From NCBI GenBank assembly GCA_963717505.1, contig OY970342.1, positions 2,400,001 to 2,464,000 on the forward strand: 64,000 nucleotides of DNA, given 5' to 3'. Under the pieces are notes generated by a model that worked only from the letters and a program-made list of their open reading frames with translations, did not search any database and had not been told where the DNA came from. The stretch is from Candidatus Eiseniibacteriota bacterium (lineage in GTDB: Bacteria; Eisenbacteria; RBG-16-71-46). Position numbers and translations under genes: made by a program. This document shows, piece after piece, positions 60,442 through 64,000 of this stretch. The stretch's first letter is position 1. The number at the start of each line of letters is the position of its first letter.

Positions 60442-61232
60442 CTACGCAGACGCTCCAGCTGATCGCGCGGAACGTAGTCGAACGCGACACCAATGCCGCC
60501 GGATCGCTGCCATCCCGGGTGCTGAACCCGGACCACGCGCGCGGACGCCTCGACGCGGTCGCCGTTCTCCAGCTCGATGTCGAGGTCGAGCCGGGTGCCG
60601 ACCGGGATCTCGCCGTTGGTTTCCAACAGGGCGCCGGTGACGCTGATGTCGACGATCCGCATCGCGGTGCTGCGCGCATCGTGGTGGATGACGCCCAGCG
60701 ACCGACGACGACGGCGGCGGGCCGGCGGGGGATCGGGGCCCGGGTGGGGCGGACGCGAACTGGGCGAGACGGCGCGGATCGCTTCGATCTGTTGCCGGAT
60801 CCGCGTGCACGCCGGCGCCAGGGCCGCGCGCAGAGCGTCGTCATTGCGGGCCCCGTGCTCGACGACGATCAGGTCGAGTCCCGAGGGCAGGAGGAACGGG
60901 ATCGTTCCCGGTTGGACCAGGAACGTGCGGCCGCGACCCAATCGGCCCATGAAGTACGCCGATTGCATCACCACCGTGTCGCGAAACGCGAACGCGTGCG
61001 CCGAGGGGCGTGGGACGTCGCCCGGAGCCAGCACGATCGCGGCGAAGTCGAAACGCCGGCCGCACTCCTCGAGTGCTTCGATCGGTCCGAGCGAGAGCAG
61101 CGTGCGCTCGGGGTTCCAGATCGTGCACTCCACGTCGGATTCGAGGTTGGCCTGGATCGCGCGGGCGATCCCATAACCCGCGGGCGACGAAGAGATGGCG
61201 AACAGACGCGAGCGCGGCAGCACGATCTTCAT
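60411..61232 (-). CDS. Cap12/Pycsar-type TIR-like domain fused to PilZ
   Basis: RLF.ISSS, ARAIQ.NL..DVECTIW, FDFAAIVL, RDTVVMQ..FMGRLGR.RTF, LPS.L and ALAPAC..IR, followed by RRRRRR and DISVTG...GVAF. Confidence 0.75.
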   Translation of the reverse strand: MKIVLPRSRLFAISSSPAGYGIARAIQANLESDVECTIWNPERTLLSLGPIEALEECGRRFDFAAIVLAPGDVPRPSAHAFAFRDTVVMQSAYFMGRLGRGRTFLVQPGTIPFLLPSGLDLIVVEHGARNDDALRAALAPACTRIRQQIEAIRAVSPSSRPPHPGPDPPPARRRRRRSLGVIHHDARSTAMRIVDISVTGALLETNGEIPVGTRLDLDIELENGDRVEASARVVRVQHPGWQRSGGIGVAFDYVPRDQLERLRSYVEAETLAA

Positions 61233-61858
61233 GCGATCTTCCGCGACGCGACGCGAACCACTTCGCGGCGCGAGATGCCGTTCGACTTACGCCAGGCCGT
61301 GCTCTCCCGATAGGCGCGCTCGAACTCCTGGACGCAATCCTCGACCCGGACCGGCTTCGGCCATTGTGCGGCTCGTTCCGCGACCGCGCGGGCGTGGACC
61401 GCAGTCGCCGACTGGCCGGGGAGGTGGACCATGGAGTGCCCCGGCCGCTTCTCGAGTCCCGTGTCCTTGGAAGTCGTCCAGCTGTCGCTGTTGCCGTCCT
61501 TCAGATGGCGGCCGATGTCGAACCACTGCCCGACCTGTGGATGCTCGTAGAGCGCTGCGTAGAGCGAGTCGCGGGGGTTGGCCATCAGACGAACCAGGAC
61601 GCCGGGCATCTCCTGGACCTGCCACACACCGCCGTCGAGGTAGCCGAGGCCGCGAAATTCCGCATACGTGGCGTCGGCCAGACCAGCGTTGCGCCACGGG
61701 GCCGGCCCCGCGGCGGACAATTTGATCGTGTCTGGCTGCTTGCCCAGGGCCGCAGCCGCGATCGCACGCCCGCCGACCGCCGCGATGACGAGACGCAGGA
61801 TCGGCTGGAGCAACCAGAGGGCAAGCCAGATCGCCCCCAGAATCAGAATCCACTTCAT
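61229..61858 (-). CDS. Hypothetical N-terminally membrane-anchored protein
   Basis: Hydrophobic N-terminus [17 protein letters not shown]; stop overlaps the TIR-PilZ start (ATGA). Confidence 0.7.
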   Translation of the reverse strand: MKWILILGAIWLALWLLQPILRLVIAAVGGRAIAAAALGKQPDTIKLSAAGPAPWRNAGLADATYAEFRGLGYLDGGVWQVQEMPGVLVRLMANPRDSLYAALYEHPQVGQWFDIGRHLKDGNSDSWTTSKDTGLEKRPGHSMVHLPGQSATAVHARAVAERAAQWPKPVRVEDCVQEFERAYRESTAWRKSNGISRREVVRVASRKIA

Positions 61859-62018
61859 GAGCCCCTCCGTAGGCCCCTCCGAGGCATCCCGGTTATCGGC
61901 CAAAACCCCCACCCGGCTTGAGCCGTCCGTTCACGTCCCGTATTCTCGTTCGCCGCGCGCCCACCGGCCGGCGCGTGGCCGTTCAGGAGCGACTCCCACC
62001 CTTTCAACGGACCGCACG

Positions 62019-63827
62019 ATGAACCGGAACCCGAAGCTCGAAGCATGGGTGCGCGACGTCGCCGCCCTGTGCCAGCCCGAAAGCGTCGTCTGGTGCGACG
62101 GCTCGGAGCAGGAGTACCAGAGGATGCTGAGCCTGATGATCCAGGCGGGCACGGCGATCCCCCTGAATTCCGAGAAGCGGCCCAACAGTATTCTCGTGCG
62201 GTCCGATCCGGCGGACGTCGCCCGGGTCGAGGAGTTCACCTTCATCTGCTCCCGGCATTCCGGCGACGCCGGTCCGACCAACAACTGGCGCGACCCGGAG
62301 AAGACCAAACGCACGCTGACCGAACTGTTCGCCGGCGCCATGCGCGGCCGCATCCTCTACGTGATCCCGTACAGCATGGGGCCGATCGGCTCGCCGATCG
62401 CCGGGATCGGCGTCGAACTCACCGACTCGCCGTACGTGGTCGCCAGCATGCACATCATGGCTCGGGTGGGCTCCCGAGTGCTCGAGGCCCTGAATCAGGA
62501 CGGCGAGTTCGTCCGCGGACTTCATTCCGTGGGCGCGCCGCTCGAGAGCAACGCGCCGGATTCCCCATGGCCTTGCAACGCGAAGACCAAGTACATCGCA
62601 CACTTCCCCGAGACGCGCGAGATCTGGTCGTACGGCTCGGGCTACGGCGGCAACGCGCTGCTCGGCAAGAAATGCCATGCGCTGCGGATCGCCTCGGTCC
62701 AAGCGCGCGACGAAGGCTGGATGGCCGAGCACATGCTGATTCTCGGCATCACCGACCCCAAGGGACGCAAGATCTACGTGGCCGCGGCGTTCCCGTCGGC
62801 CTGTGGCAAGACCAACCTGGCGATGCTCGAGCCGGCGCTGCCCGGCTGGAAGGTCGAGTGCGTCGGCGACGACATCGCGTGGATGAAGTTCGGGCCGGAG
62901 GGCCGGCTGCACGCGATCAATCCCGAGGCCGGCTTCTTCGGGGTCGCTCCGGGCACCAGCATGAAGAGCAACGCCAACGCGATGCGCACCACGGCCAAGA
63001 ACTCCATCTTCACCAACTGCGCGGTGACCTCCGACGGCGACGTCTGGTGGGAGGAGATGACCGAAACGCCGCCGGCAGCGCTGACCGACTGGCTACGCCG
63101 CCCGTGGACGCCGGCGTCCCGGCGCAAGGCGGCACATCCCAACGCGCGGTTCACGACCCCCGCCCGCCAATGTCCGGTGATCTCCTCCGAGTGGGAGAAT
63201 CCGGCCGGCGTGCCGATCTCGGCGATCCTGTTCGGCGGCCGGCGTGCGGGCGTGGTGCCCCTGGTCAACGAAGCCCTGTCGTGGCGCCACGGGACGTTCC
63301 TCGGCTCGATCATGAGCAGCGAAACCACGGCCGCGGCGGCGGGCAAGGTCGGGACGCTCCGGCATGATCCGTTCGCGATGCTGCCGTTCTGCGGCTATCA
63401 CATGGGCGACTACTTCGCGCACTGGCTCGCGATGGGGGAAAAGGCCGACGCCGCCAAGCTGCCGAAGGTTTTCTATGTGAATTGGTTTCGTAAGGATGCG
63501 AACGGCAAGTTCCTGTGGCCGGGCTACTCCGACAACGCGCGCGTGCTCAAGTGGATCTTCGAGCGTGTCACCGGTGGCGGCCAGGCGGTCGACACCCCGA
63601 TCGGGCGACTGCCTGCGCCGGGAGCGCTGGACCTGACCGGGCTCGACCTGACCGACCAGGCGGCGCGCGATCTCCTGCAAGTCGACGTCGAGGGCTGGAC
63701 GGCCGAGCTGCCGGCGATCAAGCAGCACTTCGAGAAATTCGGGGCCAAGTTGCCGGAGGGGTTGCGCGCAGAACTGGCGGCGCTCGAGCAGCGGCTACAG
63801 GTGGCTTCGGTGGCGACGCGCGCCTAG
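62019..63827 (+). CDS. pckG: Phosphoenolpyruvate carboxykinase (GTP)
   Basis: [48 protein letters not shown] and NWFRK. Confidence 0.97.
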   Translation: MNRNPKLEAWVRDVAALCQPESVVWCDGSEQEYQRMLSLMIQAGTAIPLNSEKRPNSILVRSDPADVARVEEFTFICSRHSGDAGPTNNWRDPEKTKRTLTELFAGAMRGRILYVIPYSMGPIGSPIAGIGVELTDSPYVVASMHIMARVGSRVLEALNQDGEFVRGLHSVGAPLESNAPDSPWPCNAKTKYIAHFPETREIWSYGSGYGGNALLGKKCHALRIASVQARDEGWMAEHMLILGITDPKGRKIYVAAAFPSACGKTNLAMLEPALPGWKVECVGDDIAWMKFGPEGRLHAINPEAGFFGVAPGTSMKSNANAMRTTAKNSIFTNCAVTSDGDVWWEEMTETPPAALTDWLRRPWTPASRRKAAHPNARFTTPARQCPVISSEWENPAGVPISAILFGGRRAGVVPLVNEALSWRHGTFLGSIMSSETTAAAAGKVGTLRHDPFAMLPFCGYHMGDYFAHWLAMGEKADAAKLPKVFYVNWFRKDANGKFLWPGYSDNARVLKWIFERVTGGGQAVDTPIGRLPAPGALDLTGLDLTDQAARDLLQVDVEGWTAELPAIKQHFEKFGAKLPEGLRAELAALEQRLQVASVATRA

Positions 63828-63841
63828 CGTCGCGACGTTCG

Positions 63842-64000
63842 GTGTCGAGGTCGCGATGGCGATGGGCGGCGCTCGGGGTCGGCAGCCTGCTGCTGGTCGC
63901 CGGGGTCGTCGCCGGAGCGGCGAGCTTCCAGCGACACGAAGGCTACTTCAGCCCGGTGTTCTCGCCCGATGGCCGGAGCGTGTACTTCGTCCAGCGCAAT
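63842..64000 (+). CDS. Partial exported protein with TolB/PD40-like repeat
   Basis: GTG start, hydrophobic segment, then FSPVFSPDGRSVYF; runs off the window. Confidence 0.5.
   Translation, partial: MSRSRWRWAALGVGSLLLVAGVVAGAASFQRHEGYFSPVFSPDGRSVYFVQRN

Noticed and set aside
60411-61858. Complete CBASS or Pycsar defence operon
   Set aside because: No CD-NTase or PycC cyclase nearby, and the TIR catalytic Glu is absent.
1-64000. CRISPR arrays, rRNA, IS transposases, prophage genes
   Set aside because: None recognisable by eye in the sequence or the ORF track.

Overview
High-GC bacterial chromosomal segment. The gene content (SprA translocon, T9SS-type C-terminal domains, a 'SWGxLK' C-terminal tail, a DUF222-like HNH gene) suggests an FCB-associated candidate phylum such as Ca. 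Eisenbacteria; this is inference, not a database result. In order, the window holds: the 3' part of sprA, an M28 peptidase, the rimP-nusA-infB-DUF503-rbfA-truB-ribF / rpsO-pnp-M16 cluster, dapL, a cell-envelope glycosylation operon, a lower-GC accessory block (Reeler/CxxCH protein, HNH gene, 3.7-kb two-gene island), nucleotide-sugar and glycogen genes, a sulfatase, aspartokinase, tRNA-Gly, folE, SPFH/NfeD, a cupredoxin plus histidine kinase pair, secreted proteins, malQ and pckG. Many single-base insertions between 10.7 and 22 kb look like assembly errors. The best leads are: (1) a Cap12/Pycsar-type TIR domain with Glu->Gln at the catalytic position, fused to an intact PilZ c-di-GMP receptor and translationally coupled to a membrane protein (60411-61858); (2) a duplicated, partly inverted copy of a glycosyltransferase 3' end bracketing an integrase-less island (25656-29588); (3) an unannotated ~200-nt rod-shaped RNA candidate with its own promoter and U-tail (45413-45654); (4) a nested aspartokinase beta-subunit start; (5) several different C-terminal sorting signals.
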